From contig CAZNNQ010000006.1 in NCBI GenBank assembly GCA_964574445.1, positions 1,322 to 65,321 on the forward strand: a DNA stretch of 64,000 nt. The letters are read 5' to 3'. Below, one piece after another: positions 10,710-21,809 of this stretch. Made by a program: the position numbers and the translations under genes. The stretch comes from an uncultured Eubacteriales bacterium. Its GTDB lineage: Bacteria > Bacillota > Peptococcia > Peptococcales > SKKY01. Positions within the stretch are counted from its first letter, which is position 1. Each line of letters starts with the position of its first letter. Under the pieces are notes generated by a model. It was not told the DNA's origin, ran no database searches, and saw only the letters and a program-made list of their open reading frames with translations.

Positions 10710-12056
10710 TTATAACCCTCTTTTTCTCAGTTTTACAATAAAAAATCCATTTTTGTTATCTCTAAAGGGGAGTGTCTGCATGTTTCCTTCTTCATCAAAA
10801 AATTCTTTATATTTTTCAGGAAGAACTACTTTTTCAAAGTTAGGATTTTTTAAAAGAAATCTATTTACTACATTTTTATTTTCTTCATTATTTAAGGTAC
10901 ATGTGGAATACACAAGTATCCCTCCAGCTTTTAGGGTTTTTGCTGAACTATATAAAATTTCTTCTTGAATACTGACAATTTCATCAAGTTTATAAATATC
11001 TGCGTGATACTTAAGATCTGGCCTTTTTCCTAAAACTCCCAATCCTGAACAAGGAACATCAGCCAAAACCCTGTCAAACTCTTCACTATATTTATTATGG
11101 ATTTCTCTTGCATCTCCTACTTCTACTTCAACAATACTTATTCCGTTTCTTTTACTATTATCTTCTATAGTTTTTAATCTATGTCCATATAATTCAATTG
11201 CTTTAACTTTCCCTTTGTTCTCCATTCTCTCTGCAATGAAGGTGGTTTTCCCCCCTGGAGCACTACAAACATCTGCAACATTTTCTCCAGGTTGAGGATC
11301 TAAAATATCAACTGCGAACATGGAGGTTTCATCTTGCAGTGAAAAAAATCCTTTTTTATATTCCTCAGTATTCATAACAGGAAACCCATCAACTATTTGA
11401 TATCCTTCTGCTACATACTTTGATTTTTCTATTTTTATTTCTTTTAATGAAAATAGTTTTTCAATTTCTTCAACATTAGTTTTTAGATTATTAACTCTAA
11501 TCCAGGTTGGTGGAACTTTGTTAAAGAATTCTAACATCTTTTCTGTATTTTCATAATTATAAAGATTTATAAAATGTTCTATCAGCCATTTTGGAAAAGA
11601 GTATTTTACACTTAAATATTCTAAAGGATCTTTATCTTCTTTAGGTAATTTTATCTCTTCTTTCTTTCTAATAATATTTCTTAACACTGCATTCACGAAC
11701 TTTACACTGCCTTGATGAGAATACTTTTTTGTTAAATTTACTCCTTCATTTACAGCTGCGCTCTCCGGTATTTTATCTAAAAATAAAATTTGATATGCAG
11801 AAATTCTTAAAATGTTTCTAACCCAAGGTGAAAGTTTTTCTAATTTTTGTTTTGAAAATTGCTGAATAATATGATCTAGATACAATTTATTTTTTATTGT
11901 ACCGTTTACAATTTCTGTAACTAAAGATACGTCTCTTCTGTCCTTCAATAAGTTTTTGGATAATTCTTTATCCATCGCAACATTAGAAAAAGCTCCATCT
12001 TCATTTATTTTATATACTATTTGAAGCGCTGTCTGTCTCGCTGACATATTGTTCAT
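10710..12056 (-). CDS. rsmB: 16S rRNA (cytosine967-C5)-methyltransferase
   Basis: The ORF has a NusB-like N-terminus and a SAM methyltransferase core (DVCSAPGGKT, PCSGLGV, YSTCT). I chose the ATG 5 nt after GGAGG; the track start is a TTG. Confidence 0.9.
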   Translation of the reverse strand: MNNMSARQTALQIVYKINEDGAFSNVAMDKELSKNLLKDRRDVSLVTEIVNGTIKNKLYLDHIIQQFSKQKLEKLSPWVRNILRISAYQILFLDKIPESAAVNEGVNLTKKYSHQGSVKFVNAVLRNIIRKKEEIKLPKEDKDPLEYLSVKYSFPKWLIEHFINLYNYENTEKMLEFFNKVPPTWIRVNNLKTNVEEIEKLFSLKEIKIEKSKYVAEGYQIVDGFPVMNTEEYKKGFFSLQDETSMFAVDILDPQPGENVADVCSAPGGKTTFIAERMENKGKVKAIELYGHRLKTIEDNSKRNGISIVEVEVGDAREIHNKYSEEFDRVLADVPCSGLGVLGKRPDLKYHADIYKLDEIVSIQEEILYSSAKTLKAGGILVYSTCTLNNEENKNVVNRFLLKNPNFEKVVLPEKYKEFFDEEGNMQTLPFRDNKNGFFIVKLRKRGL

Positions 12057-12813
12057 ATTTCCCTCCAAGAAAGAAGTCGATTGCTTCCTTTACTTTTTCT
12101 AAATCTACTTGTGTATTATAGCAAGGACCATTAGGTCTTTGGTTGAGAACTCCGATAACTGGTAATTGCTTTACATCTTGAATTCCTGAAGTCAAATCTC
12201 TTTCACAGGCTACTGCCACAATAGCTTTCGGCCTTTTTTCGATGATTGCTTTTCTTGCCAATGTTCCACCTGTTGCAACTACTAATTGTACACCTGTTTC
12301 TTTTTTTATTTTGAGTAATTCTCCTATTGAACAAAGACCACATTGCCTACAATTTTCAATATTAATAGTAATCTTATGTGGACATTTTGCATTTTGGAGA
12401 CAATGGGGAGTTAGTATTAAGATTTCTTCTGGTTTTAAATTAAATTTCTTTGTTCTTACTACTTGATTACAAACATTCACATAAGATCCCTTAATTTTAT
12501 CTTTATCTATACCAAGAATTTTTCCAATAGACAGGGATAAAGGAAAAAGGAAATCTATAACACCCTTAATCATTTTGTTTGTTTTAGAATAGCTCTTTTC
12601 ATTAATTAAGCTAATAATCAAAATCCCAATAGCAATAACAAAGATAATAATTGCTATAAATAAAATAACTGAAAAAGTACTAAATATTCTGTTTGTAATT
12701 ACTGGATCATCCAGCTTTTGAATATATCTTACCCCAGCCCAAATCAGTGCAAAAAAGAAGACTGATAATAATAGGAGAGCAATGTATATTCTTTTTTTAT
12801 TTAAATTATCCAT
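12010..12813 (-). CDS. DUF116-family membrane protein with a Cys-rich motif
   Basis: The 267-aa ORF has two N-terminal TM segments, then CLQNAKCPHK...CRQCGLCSIG and VVATGGTLARK...VACERDL, which is typical of DUF116. Confidence 0.7.
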   Translation of the reverse strand: MDNLNKKRIYIALLLLSVFFFALIWAGVRYIQKLDDPVITNRIFSTFSVILFIAIIIFVIAIGILIISLINEKSYSKTNKMIKGVIDFLFPLSLSIGKILGIDKDKIKGSYVNVCNQVVRTKKFNLKPEEILILTPHCLQNAKCPHKITINIENCRQCGLCSIGELLKIKKETGVQLVVATGGTLARKAIIEKRPKAIVAVACERDLTSGIQDVKQLPVIGVLNQRPNGPCYNTQVDLEKVKEAIDFFLGGKYEQYVSETDSASNSI

Positions 12814-13753
12814 TGTTTTTTCCTAGCACTTCTCCTTTATTTACTTTATAACCATTTACAAAGTCCTTGAAATCCAGCTGTTTTTTTCCCGCAGGTTGTA
12901 CTTTTTCTAGAGCCAATAGTCCATTTTCTGTTGCAACAAGAATACCAGCAGAAGAAAAATCTATAATTTCACCTGGTTTTCCCTTTGTTAGACAATTTTC
13001 CTCAATTAAGCTGCTTTTATGAATCTTTAATCTCTCATCTCGGAAAAATGTGTATACCCCCGGCCAAGGATTCATACCTCTAATTTTATTATGCAAATTT
13101 CTTGCTGACATATTCCACTGAATTAGCTCATCATCCTTAGTAAGCATAGGAGCATAAGTTGCTTCATTATTATTTTGTTTTATGGGAACAATGCTATCTT
13201 CTTTTATTTGGTCTAAGGCTTCAATTAGAAGTTTTCCTCCAAGAGTTGCCAATCTTTCAAACATTTCTCCAGTATGAGCATCTTCAGGAATATCTATTTT
13301 TCCTATTAAAAGAATATCCCCCGTATCCATACCTTCATCCATTTGCATAATTGTAATTCCGGTCTCTTTTTCACCATTTATCACTGCCCAATGGATTGGA
13401 GCAGCTCCTCTGTATTTTGGAAGGATTGATGCATGAATATTTATACAGCCATAAGGAGGTAGTTCTAACATCTCCTTCGGCAAAATTTTTCCATAAGCAG
13501 CTACTACAATAATATCAGGATTAAGATCTTTTAGAACTTTAAGACTTTCTGAATCCCTTATTTTTGTAGGCTGATATATTGGAATTCCTGCTTCCAATGC
13601 TATTGTTTTAACAGGAGGATTCGATAGTTTTTTTCCTCTTCCCTTTGGTTTATCCGGTTGGGTAAAAACAGCTACAACTTCATGTTCTGAATTTAATAAT
13701 GATTTAAGTGCTTCCCCTGAAAAATCCGGTGTTCCCATAAAGACTATTCTCAT
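12806..13753 (-). CDS. fmt: methionyl-tRNA formyltransferase
   Basis: The 315-aa ORF begins MRIVFMGTPDF and contains NIHASLLPKYRGAAPI. Confidence 0.95.
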   Translation of the reverse strand: MRIVFMGTPDFSGEALKSLLNSEHEVVAVFTQPDKPKGRGKKLSNPPVKTIALEAGIPIYQPTKIRDSESLKVLKDLNPDIIVVAAYGKILPKEMLELPPYGCINIHASILPKYRGAAPIHWAVINGEKETGITIMQMDEGMDTGDILLIGKIDIPEDAHTGEMFERLATLGGKLLIEALDQIKEDSIVPIKQNNNEATYAPMLTKDDELIQWNMSARNLHNKIRGMNPWPGVYTFFRDERLKIHKSSLIEENCLTKGKPGEIIDFSSAGILVATENGLLALEKVQPAGKKQLDFKDFVNGYKVNKGEVLGKNNG

Positions 13754-13756
13754 TTG

Positions 13757-14215
13757 TTACTCCTTTTCCTTTGGAGTTGATTTATCAATAAAAAGTACTC
13801 CCTTTAAGTGATCTATCTCATGCTGCAATACAATTGCAAGGAACCCTTCAGCCTCAAATTCTATTTCTTCTCCTAGTTCGTTTAAGGCTTTAACTTTTAT
13901 TTTTTCTGCTCTCTTAACAATCCCATATTCTTCGGGACAACTAAGGCATCCCTCTTCTGAATCTACCAAACCCTCAGAGGTAATAATTTCTGGATTTATT
14001 AATGCAAAGGGCTCTTCATCTTGAGTATCAATAACAATAATCTGTTTTAGTATTCCAATTTGAGGAGCCGCTAGTCCCACTCCCGTGTCGGTAGTGTACA
14101 TTGTATCAAACATATCATCAATGATTTTTTTAACCTTATCATCAATATTTATGACCTTCTTTGCCTGTTTTCTAAGTAAAGGATCCTCTTTTGTTATTAT
14201 TTTATATATTCCCAC
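13757..14215 (-). CDS. def: peptide deformylase
   Basis: The 152-aa ORF contains GVGLAAPQIG, EGCLS and QHEIDHL. Confidence 0.95.
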   Translation of the reverse strand: MGIYKIITKEDPLLRKQAKKVINIDDKVKKIIDDMFDTMYTTDTGVGLAAPQIGILKQIIVIDTQDEEPFALINPEIITSEGLVDSEEGCLSCPEEYGIVKRAEKIKVKALNELGEEIEFEAEGFLAIVLQHEIDHLKGVLFIDKSTPKEKE

Positions 14216-14246
14216 TCTAAAAACCTCCTTATAAATCTTTTAATCC

Positions 14247-16616
14247 TTAGAGGATCAAAAAGGGATCAACATCAAAAAGAACTCTCATTCCTTCTTTTTG
14301 TCCTTCATTCTTAAATTTATTATAATTCTCCTTTAGATAATTGTGTAGAAAATTATCCTTTGTTTTTATAATAAAGTGATATCTATAGCGATTTTTTATT
14401 TTACTTATTGGTGCTTCTCCAGGTCCCAGAATTTCCTCTTTGTTAAGTATTCCCTTAAAAGCACCAGCTAATTTTTCAATATATTCCCTTGTTTTATTCA
14501 TATTTTCACCAGAAACCAAAATTCTTACTAGTTTAGTATACGGGGGATAGTCCATCAATTGCCTTTGCTTAAGCTCTTGGTTATAAAAAGATTCAAAATT
14601 ATGATTTTTTGCAGAGGTAATTGCAAAATGTTCTGGATTATATGTCTGGATAACTACAAAACCTGGGAGTTCCCCTCTACCCGCTCTACCTGCTACCTGG
14701 GTTAATAGCTGAAAAGTTCTTTCAGAAGAATAAAGGTCAGGCACGTTTAATGATAAGTCTGCTGAAATTATACCCACCAAGGTAACGCGGGAAAAATCTA
14801 ATCCCTTTACTACCATTTGAGTTCCAAGAAGAATGTCTGTTTTTCCCTGGGAAAATTCTGATAAAAGTTCTTCATGTGAATTTTTGTTTTTTATTTGATC
14901 TTGATCCATACGAGTCACTTTTACCCCTGAAAAAGTTTCAAGCAATAGCTCTTCAATCTTTTGTGTGCCCATACCCATATCTTTTATAAATTTACTTGAG
15001 CAAACAGGGCATTTGTGTGGTATTGAGGTAATTCTTTCACAATAATGACATTTTAATATATCTGGTGATTTATGCATTATCATAGGTACGGAACATTTCG
15101 AACATGTAATTACATGACCACATTCTCTGCATAGAATAAACCTCGAAAATCCTCTTCTATTCAAAAATAATATTATTTGCTCTTTTCGATCGAGAGTGTC
15201 CCGAATTCGATTTTCAAGAACACGACTAAATATTGATCTATTTCCATGTTTGAACTCATCTTTTAGATCAATAATTTCTACTTTGGGGAGCTTTGAATTT
15301 ATTGGCCTGTTTCTAAGCTTTACAATCTGAATATCACCACAGGACCCTCGATAATATCTTTCCAGAGAAGGGGTAGCACTGCCTAAAACAATTTTCGCTT
15401 TTGAAAACTCTCCCCTTTTTAAAGCTGCTTCAACTCCATTATACCTTGGATCAGGTTCATTCTGTTTGTATGAAGTTTCATGTTCTTCATCTACAATAAT
15501 TAAACCTATATTTTTTACTGGGGCAAAAATTGCACTTCTCGCACCTACAATAATGTGAGGGATTTTTTGTTGAAGTTTTTCCCATGAATGCATTTTATCT
15601 TTATCCGACATGTTACTATGCCAATGAATTATTTCTTTATTAATTTTTTCTTGTATTCTTCTCACAGTTTGGTTAATTAAAGATATCTCTGGGACCATGT
15701 ACAGAACGCTTTTTCCACTATTTAAGGTATCTCTCATTAACTCTATATATATTTCCGTCTTACCGCTTCCTGTTACACCAAAAAGCAAGGTTGGTTTTTT
15801 TTCCATTTTTATTTTTAGCAAGGCTTCCTCTTGCTCTTTTGTAAGAAGAGTTCTATTTTTAAAAAAATCAACTTCCTCTATGTTAGTAATATTTTCTAAA
15901 TCAATTTCTTTTTTTATAACCCCATTGAGTTTTATGAGATCTCTTAGGGCTTGGGAATTATATTCTTCTCGAATTTTAAAATCATCAAGTAAAATAGATT
16001 TTTTTTCTTTTAAAAATTGGTATACCTTATCTTTTTTTGTCCCTTTACGAATGTTTAACTCAACATCCGGATTATAGGAAAGTTGAACTACAATATTTTT
16101 CGTTGATGGAAGAACAAAGCTTTGAGCTAACTCAAGAAAACCATTATTTTCCAAATTCTCAAAAACCTTATATAAGTCTGGATTGTTTTTGATTGAAAAA
16201 TAGGTTTTTTTTCCTTCCTCTATGGTCTTTAATAGGTGTTTTTCCTTTTCAGACAACAAAAGCTTTTGGTTTTCATCTGCTTTAACAACAATCTCAGTTA
16301 TTTTTTTTACTTTTACAGCATCTGGAAAAGAGAGCTGAACAACTTTCATTAGAGGGGTAAGATAATAGTCAGAAATAAATGACTGCAATTTTAAAAGTTC
16401 TTCACTAATTATTGGCTCTTCATCCAAAACGGCAATCAGCTCTTTTAACTCTTTAAATTCACTTGTTTCTTTAATTCTTTTAACTATACCCATCACTTCT
16501 TTGTTCATTAAAGATACTACTACTCTTTTCCCAGTTAAATTTTTTGTAAAATCTTCTGGAACCTTGTAATCAAGAAGGTCTCTGCCTCCTATATTTACAA
16601 TCACTTCTGCAACCAT
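14247..16616 (-). CDS. priA: primosomal replication-restart helicase PriA
   Basis: The 789-aa ORF has Walker A (GVTGSGKT), a DEEH box and a Cys-rich zinc region (CRECG...CSKCS...CHYC...CPVC). Confidence 0.95.
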   Translation of the reverse strand: MVAEVIVNIGGRDLLDYKVPEDFTKNLTGKRVVVSLMNKEVMGIVKRIKETSEFKELKELIAVLDEEPIISEELLKLQSFISDYYLTPLMKVVQLSFPDAVKVKKITEIVVKADENQKLLLSEKEKHLLKTIEEGKKTYFSIKNNPDLYKVFENLENNGFLELAQSFVLPSTKNIVVQLSYNPDVELNIRKGTKKDKVYQFLKEKKSILLDDFKIREEYNSQALRDLIKLNGVIKKEIDLENITNIEEVDFFKNRTLLTKEQEEALLKIKMEKKPTLLFGVTGSGKTEIYIELMRDTLNSGKSVLYMVPEISLINQTVRRIQEKINKEIIHWHSNMSDKDKMHSWEKLQQKIPHIIVGARSAIFAPVKNIGLIIVDEEHETSYKQNEPDPRYNGVEAALKRGEFSKAKIVLGSATPSLERYYRGSCGDIQIVKLRNRPINSKLPKVEIIDLKDEFKHGNRSIFSRVLENRIRDTLDRKEQIILFLNRRGFSRFILCRECGHVITCSKCSVPMIMHKSPDILKCHYCERITSIPHKCPVCSSKFIKDMGMGTQKIEELLLETFSGVKVTRMDQDQIKNKNSHEELLSEFSQGKTDILLGTQMVVKGLDFSRVTLVGIISADLSLNVPDLYSSERTFQLLTQVAGRAGRGELPGFVVIQTYNPEHFAITSAKNHNFESFYNQELKQRQLMDYPPYTKLVRILVSGENMNKTREYIEKLAGAFKGILNKEEILGPGEAPISKIKNRYRYHFIIKTKDNFLHNYLKENYNKFKNEGQKEGMRVLFDVDPFLIL

Positions 16617-16649
16617 TATCTCACCTCCCTTATTTTTAGATACAAGTTT

Positions 16650-16674
16650 AAAAAGACCCCTGGTTGAGGGGTCA
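16650..16674 (-). terminator. intrinsic terminator after coaBC
   Basis: The minus strand reads GACCCC-TCAACCA-GGGGTC followed by TTTTT. The coaBC TGA stop forms part of the stem. Confidence 0.7.
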
Positions 16675-17868
16675 TTTTTTTATCAGTAATAATATTTCGT
16701 CAATAATTTTTTTTGCAACTTCACTTTTGGACATTAAGGGAAGATTTTTTTCATGACCATCAGCAAAATATAAATTTACTTTATTAGTATCTCCTTTAAA
16801 ACCTGCACCCGGTTCAAGAATATCGTTCGCAACTATAAAATCAAGATTTTTTCGATTAATTTTATTAAAAGCATTCTCTTTTAAATCATTAGTTTCAGCT
16901 GCAAAACCTACAAGAATTTTATTATCTTTATGTTCTCCAAGGTAAGCAAGAATATCTGGATTTCTTTCTAAAAGTATCTGCATATCTTCGTCTTTTTTCT
17001 TAATTTTTCTATCAGCTGCTTTTTTTGGCCTATAATCTGCTACTGCTGCAGATTTTATCACTATATCTGCATCTTGAAAATTTTCAATTACTTTTTCAAA
17101 CATATCCACTGCTGATTCTATATTTATTACTGTTACTCCCAGAGGAGCTGGTAGATTTGTTTTCCCCGAAACAAGAGTAACTTCTGCTCCTCTTTTTGCT
17201 GCTTCTTCTGCAATGCTATAACCCATTTTCCCTGAAGAATGGTTTGTAATATATCTTACTGGGTCAATTTTTTCTATAGTTGGTCCTGCGGTAACCAAAA
17301 CTTTTTTGCCCATCAGATCTTTTTTGAAATCCAAAATTTCGAGAAGTTGATTTACAATTTTTTCTGGATCTTCAAGCTTTCCTTTACCAGTGTAACCACA
17401 GGCTAACATTCCTTCTGCCGGTTCAATGAACTTATATCCAATTCTTTGAAGCTTTTCGACATTTTCTTTATATATTGGATTTTCCAGCATATTTACATTC
17501 ATTGCTGGAGCAAATATAACTGGAGCTTTTGTTGCCATAATTGTTGTGCTTAAAAAATCATCTGCAATTCCATTAGCAACTTTGCCAATAATATTTGCTG
17601 TAGCTGGTGCAATAAGATATGCGTCAATAGCATCTGCAAGACCAATGTGTTCAACATTCCATATTTTTGGTTCTTGAAACATATTAACTGTTACAGGATT
17701 AGAAGTTAAGGTCCTTAAAGTCAGTGGAGTAATAAACTCTGTGGCTGAAGATGTCATTACACAATGAACATCAGCACCAAGTTTTTTTAACCTACTAGCT
17801 ATTTCTGCACTTTTATAAGCTGCTATGCCACCAGTTATTCCCAAGGCAATTACTTTTCCTTTAAGCAT
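16672..17868 (-). CDS. coaBC: bifunctional phosphopantothenoylcysteine decarboxylase / phosphopantothenate-cysteine ligase
   Basis: The 398-aa ORF has an N-terminal flavoprotein domain (GITGGIAAYK) and a C-terminal CoaB domain. Confidence 0.95.
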   Translation of the reverse strand: MLKGKVIALGITGGIAAYKSAEIASRLKKLGADVHCVMTSSATEFITPLTLRTLTSNPVTVNMFQEPKIWNVEHIGLADAIDAYLIAPATANIIGKVANGIADDFLSTTIMATKAPVIFAPAMNVNMLENPIYKENVEKLQRIGYKFIEPAEGMLACGYTGKGKLEDPEKIVNQLLEILDFKKDLMGKKVLVTAGPTIEKIDPVRYITNHSSGKMGYSIAEEAAKRGAEVTLVSGKTNLPAPLGVTVINIESAVDMFEKVIENFQDADIVIKSAAVADYRPKKAADRKIKKKDEDMQILLERNPDILAYLGEHKDNKILVGFAAETNDLKENAFNKINRKNLDFIVANDILEPGAGFKGDTNKVNLYFADGHEKNLPLMSKSEVAKKIIDEILLLIKK

Positions 17869-17877
17869 TTTCTCTCC

Positions 17878-18072
17878 TTATCTTACAATTAAGATTTTAT
17901 CTTCATTTATTTCATTTAATGCAATTGTAACGGATTTATTCGATAGTTCATCCAAATCAACTAGTGGGAGATCTCCATCCACGATTTGTCTTGCTCTTCT
18001 TGAGGCTGCAATTACAAGACTGTATTTACTGTCTACTTTCTTTAACAAATCATCAATATATGGTCTATTCAT
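17878..18072 (-). CDS. rpoZ: DNA-directed RNA polymerase subunit omega
   Basis: The 64-aa ORF has the [14 protein letters not shown] motif and sits in the conserved position after gmk. Confidence 0.9.
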   Translation of the reverse strand: MNRPYIDDLLKKVDSKYSLVIAASRRARQIVDGDLPLVDLDELSNKSVTIALNEINEDKILIVR

Positions 18073-18074
18073 TC

Positions 18075-18689
18075 TTACTCCCCCTTATTTAATAAGTTCA
18101 TGATTTCGTGATTTCTGCTAGTTCTTAATTTTTCTGCTGTAATAATAGCTTCAACCTCACGAACAGCATCTTCTATTTTATCATTTATAATCACATAATC
18201 ATAGTTTGGCATATTTTTGAATTCTCTTTCAGCATTACCTAGTCTTTTAGCTATTTCCTCAGGTTTTTCTGTTCCTCTAAATGTGAGCCTTTTTTTAAGT
18301 TCTTCCATTGATGGAGGAGCAATAAATATAAAGACTGCATCTTCCATTTTTTCCTTAATTTGCATAGCACCCTGGGGATCAATTTCAAGAATACAATCAT
18401 AACCTTGATTAAGAATATCCTCTACATAATCTCTAGGTGTTCCATAATAATTGTCATACACTAGGGCATATTCTAAAAACTTTCCATCCTTAATTTTTTC
18501 TTCGAACTCTTCTTTTGATAAAAAGAAGTATTCTCGACCTTCTCTTTCAATAACCCTTGGCTTTCTTGTTGTTGCGGATATAGAATATTTCATATTTTCT
18601 AATCTTTTTCGCATTTCATGGCACACAGTACCTTTGCCAGCACCTGAAGGACCCGATAAAACTAATAGAACACCTTTCCTCTTAAGCAA
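18075..18689 (-). CDS. gmk: guanylate kinase
   Basis: The 204-aa ORF contains GPSGAGKGT and ATTR.PR..E..G.EY. Confidence 0.95.
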   Translation of the reverse strand: MLKRKGVLLVLSGPSGAGKGTVCHEMRKRLENMKYSISATTRKPRVIEREGREYFFLSKEEFEEKIKDGKFLEYALVYDNYYGTPRDYVEDILNQGYDCILEIDPQGAMQIKEKMEDAVFIFIAPPSMEELKKRLTFRGTEKPEEIAKRLGNAEREFKNMPNYDYVIINDKIEDAVREVEAIITAEKLRTSRNHEIMNLLNKGE

Positions 18690-18711
18690 AATATACCTCC
18701 TAATTTATTAA

Positions 18712-19593
18712 TTATTCAATATTCTGGACTTGCTCCCGAACTTTTTCCAATTGAGCTTTCATCTCAACAACTAATGAAGAAATTTCAGAATCATTAGCCT
18801 TAGAACCAATTGTATTTATTTCTCTGTTAATTTCTTGTATTAAAAAATCTAATTTTCTACCAACTGGCTCTTCAAGATTTAAGTTTTTCATAAATTGATT
18901 GAAATGACTATCTAATCTTACAAGTTCCTCAGCGATACTTGAGCGATCAGCAAAAAATGCAACTTCATTTTCTAATTTATCTTCATTAATAATTTCTTTC
19001 TTTTCAAGTAGTTCTTCTATTCTCAATCTTAGTTTTTCTTTATATTCAATGGTAACCTGGGGACTTCTCAAAGAGATTTGTTCCTTCATCTTTTTTAGGT
19101 CTTCAATTCTTTGAATAAAGTCTTCTTTAAGATGTTGCCCTTCTTCAATTCTCATAACAGTATTTTGTTCAAGGGCTTCTCTTAAAATCTCTTCATAATG
19201 TGTCCAGATTTGATTGATATCTTCTTCTTTTTCCTCAATGCTAATAATTTCTGGAAGGGAAATTATTTTTTCTAAAGACAAATTATTCTCTAATTTTAAT
19301 AACTGGCTTAATTCATTTAGTGAATTATAATATGTCATGGCAACTTCTTTGTCAACTTTAACATTAACCTCTTGTTGTTCAACATTTTTTACTTTAACAA
19401 AAACTTCAACATGGCCTCTTTTTATATAATCTGAAATTATTTTCCGAACTTTTTCTTCCATCTTCAAATATTTTCTTGGATGCCTTAAACTTACCTCTAA
19501 ATATCTGTGATTTACACTTTTCAATTCAAGAGAAAATCTTTTCCCTAAAGCCTCTTTTTCTCCTCTTCCATAACCTGTCATGCTTTTAATCAA
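18712..19593 (-). CDS. YicC/YloC-family stress-induced protein (endoribonuclease-like)
   Basis: The 293-aa ORF begins MIKSMTGYGRGE and ends with ...REINTIGSKAN. It has an apparent TTG start with GAGGAG 9 nt upstream. Confidence 0.85.
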   Translation of the reverse strand: MIKSMTGYGRGEKEALGKRFSLELKSVNHRYLEVSLRHPRKYLKMEEKVRKIISDYIKRGHVEVFVKVKNVEQQEVNVKVDKEVAMTYYNSLNELSQLLKLENNLSLEKIISLPEIISIEEKEEDINQIWTHYEEILREALEQNTVMRIEEGQHLKEDFIQRIEDLKKMKEQISLRSPQVTIEYKEKLRLRIEELLEKKEIINEDKLENEVAFFADRSSIAEELVRLDSHFNQFMKNLNLEEPVGRKLDFLIQEINREINTIGSKANDSEISSLVVEMKAQLEKVREQVQNIE

Positions 19594-19642
19594 AAAACAA
19601 CACTCCTCGCCATTTTTGCTAACTTATATAATACCATAAAAA

Positions 19643-19676
19643 ATAAAAAAAGAAGCACGGAATTCTGTGCTTCTTT
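19643..19676 (-). terminator. intrinsic terminator after dapL
   Basis: The minus strand reads AGAAGCAC-AGAATTCC-GTGCTTCT followed by a T-run of 7 or more. Confidence 0.8.
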
Positions 19677-19694
19677 TAATTCCTTTATTCTTTT

Positions 19695-20867
19695 TTAAAA
19701 ATCAAATTTACCAAACTCTTTTTTTATTCTAGAAAAAGCTTCCTCAATTTTATCTTTCTCAACTGTTAAAGAAACTCGGAAATATCCTTCTCCAAAATTA
19801 CCATAACCTAATCCGGGAGTAATAATTACTCCTGTTCGTTCTAAAATTTCTTCTACAAAAGATGTTGAGTCATAACCTTTTGGAACCTTACCCCAAATAT
19901 AAAAGCTCCCTCTCGGTTTCTCAATATTCCATCCTAAATTTCTCATTGCTGCTATTGCTACATCTCTTCTTTCCTTATAAACAACTTGGTTTTCTCTAAT
20001 CAAGGCCTCAGCATCATCTAAACCTTCAATAGCAGCTTCTTGAATAGCCTGAAATACTCCTGAATCAATATTGGATTTAATTGTTGCTAAAGCTTCTATT
20101 ACATCTTTTCTTCCTACCCCATAGCCAATTCTCCACCCAGTCATATTGAACGGTTTTGATAATGAACCAAATTCTATTCCAACATCTAATGCTCCTTCTG
20201 ATTCAAGAAAGCTTAGAGGTTTATCTTGTTCATCGTAATAAACTTCTGTATATGCTGCATCATGACAGACTATTACATTATTTTTTTTAGCAAAAGCTAC
20301 AACTTTATCAAAAAACTCCATGGTCGCAACAGCGCCTGTGGGATTATTCGGATAATTAATAAACATTAATTTTGCTTTTTCCGCTATATCTTGTGGTATC
20401 TTATCTAAATCTGGAAGAAAACCATTCTCTTCTGTAAGTGGCATTGTGTAGGATGTCCCCCCAGCCAGTAATGTTCCTATTCCATAAACTGGATAACCCG
20501 GCTCTGGAACAAGATTTACATCTCCAGGATCAACGTAGCATAAAGAAATATGTCCAATCCCTTCTTTTGAGCCGATTAATGATACAACCTCTGTAACAGG
20601 ATCTAATATAACATTGTGTCTATTTTTATAATAATTAGTCACTGCTTTTCTAAAACTCAACAATCCTGAACTCGAGGGGTACTGATGATTTTCTGGATTA
20701 CGAGAAGCCTCTGCAAGCTTATCTATAATTTTTTTGGGAGTTGGTCTATCCGGATCTCCTATTCCTAAACTAATTATATCTATCCCCTGTTCTTTTTTTT
20801 CTGCAATCTTTTTTTCTATTCTTGCAAAAAGATACGGTGGTAATTTTTTTATTCTTTGAGCTTTCAT
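19695..20867 (-). CDS. dapL: class I/II aminotransferase, probable LL-diaminopimelate aminotransferase
   Basis: The 390-aa ORF has an N-terminus ([11 protein letters not shown]...[11 protein letters not shown]) and an SLSK PLP-lysine region like DapL. It lies immediately downstream of dapF. Confidence 0.75.
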   Translation of the reverse strand: MKAQRIKKLPPYLFARIEKKIAEKKEQGIDIISLGIGDPDRPTPKKIIDKLAEASRNPENHQYPSSSGLLSFRKAVTNYYKNRHNVILDPVTEVVSLIGSKEGIGHISLCYVDPGDVNLVPEPGYPVYGIGTLLAGGTSYTMPLTEENGFLPDLDKIPQDIAEKAKLMFINYPNNPTGAVATMEFFDKVVAFAKKNNVIVCHDAAYTEVYYDEQDKPLSFLESEGALDVGIEFGSLSKPFNMTGWRIGYGVGRKDVIEALATIKSNIDSGVFQAIQEAAIEGLDDAEALIRENQVVYKERRDVAIAAMRNLGWNIEKPRGSFYIWGKVPKGYDSTSFVEEILERTGVIITPGLGYGNFGEGYFRVSLTVEKDKIEEAFSRIKKEFGKFDF

Positions 20868-20887
20868 AATTTTCCTCCTTTTATTTA

Positions 20888-21685
20888 TTATTTATCTTCA
20901 ATTTCCCCCCAAAAAACTAATTCAGCGGGACCGGTCATGTAAATATTTTTTTCTTCGGGCCATTCAATTTCAAGAGTTCCTCCAGAAAGAATTATTTTAG
21001 CTTTATTATTTGTTTTTTTATTAATTACTCCTGCAACTAGTGTTGCACATGCTCCAGTTCCACAAGCTAAAGTTATTCCAGCTCCTCTTTCCCAAACCTT
21101 CATTTTCATTGTATTTTCATCTATTACTTGCACAAACTCAACATTAGTCTTATTCGGAAAGATTGAATCCTTTTCGATAAGTTGTCCCCACTTAGAAACA
21201 TCCACCTTACATAAATCATCTACAAATATTACGCAATGAGGATTTCCCATGCTTATATTTGTTATCTCAAAATCCATACCCCCAAAGATTTCTTTTCTAG
21301 GAAGAGAATATTCCGGAACCCCCATATCTACCTTGACTCCTGTGAATAAACCATCTTCTAAGATTATTTCTGGAATAATCGTACCAGCAAGAGTTTCTAC
21401 TTCAATTTTTGCTTTTTGAACGACTTTCTCTTCGTATACAAAACGAGCAAAACATCTAATACCATTGCCACACATTTCTGGTTCTGAACCATCCGGGTTA
21501 AATATTCTCATTTTTATATCATTTTTTTCTGATGGTAAAACAAGTATCAAACCATCAGCACCTATTCCGAAATTTCTATCGCATAATCTAACAGCTAATT
21601 TGCTGTAATCTTCTGATATACTTTGTGTGAAAGTATTAATAATTACAAAATCATTCCCAGCACCATGCATTTTGGCAAATCTCAT
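20888..21685 (-). CDS. dapF: diaminopimelate epimerase
   Basis: The ORF contains MHGAGNDF, and both catalytic Cys motifs are present (MCGNG, ACGTGA). I set the start at the ATG 6 nt after AGGAGG. Confidence 0.9.
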   Translation of the reverse strand: MRFAKMHGAGNDFVIINTFTQSISEDYSKLAVRLCDRNFGIGADGLILVLPSEKNDIKMRIFNPDGSEPEMCGNGIRCFARFVYEEKVVQKAKIEVETLAGTIIPEIILEDGLFTGVKVDMGVPEYSLPRKEIFGGMDFEITNISMGNPHCVIFVDDLCKVDVSKWGQLIEKDSIFPNKTNVEFVQVIDENTMKMKVWERGAGITLACGTGACATLVAGVINKKTNNKAKIILSGGTLEIEWPEEKNIYMTGPAELVFWGEIEDK

Positions 21686-21809
21686 TACAGCACCTCCTAT
21701 TATTGTCAAAGGACAAGTTATAACATATCATACAGGGGATCCCTTTTTAGTAAAATAAATTCTTGGGATGTATTTTGTATATTTTTTGTATAGCAAGGGA
21801 GAAATTAAA

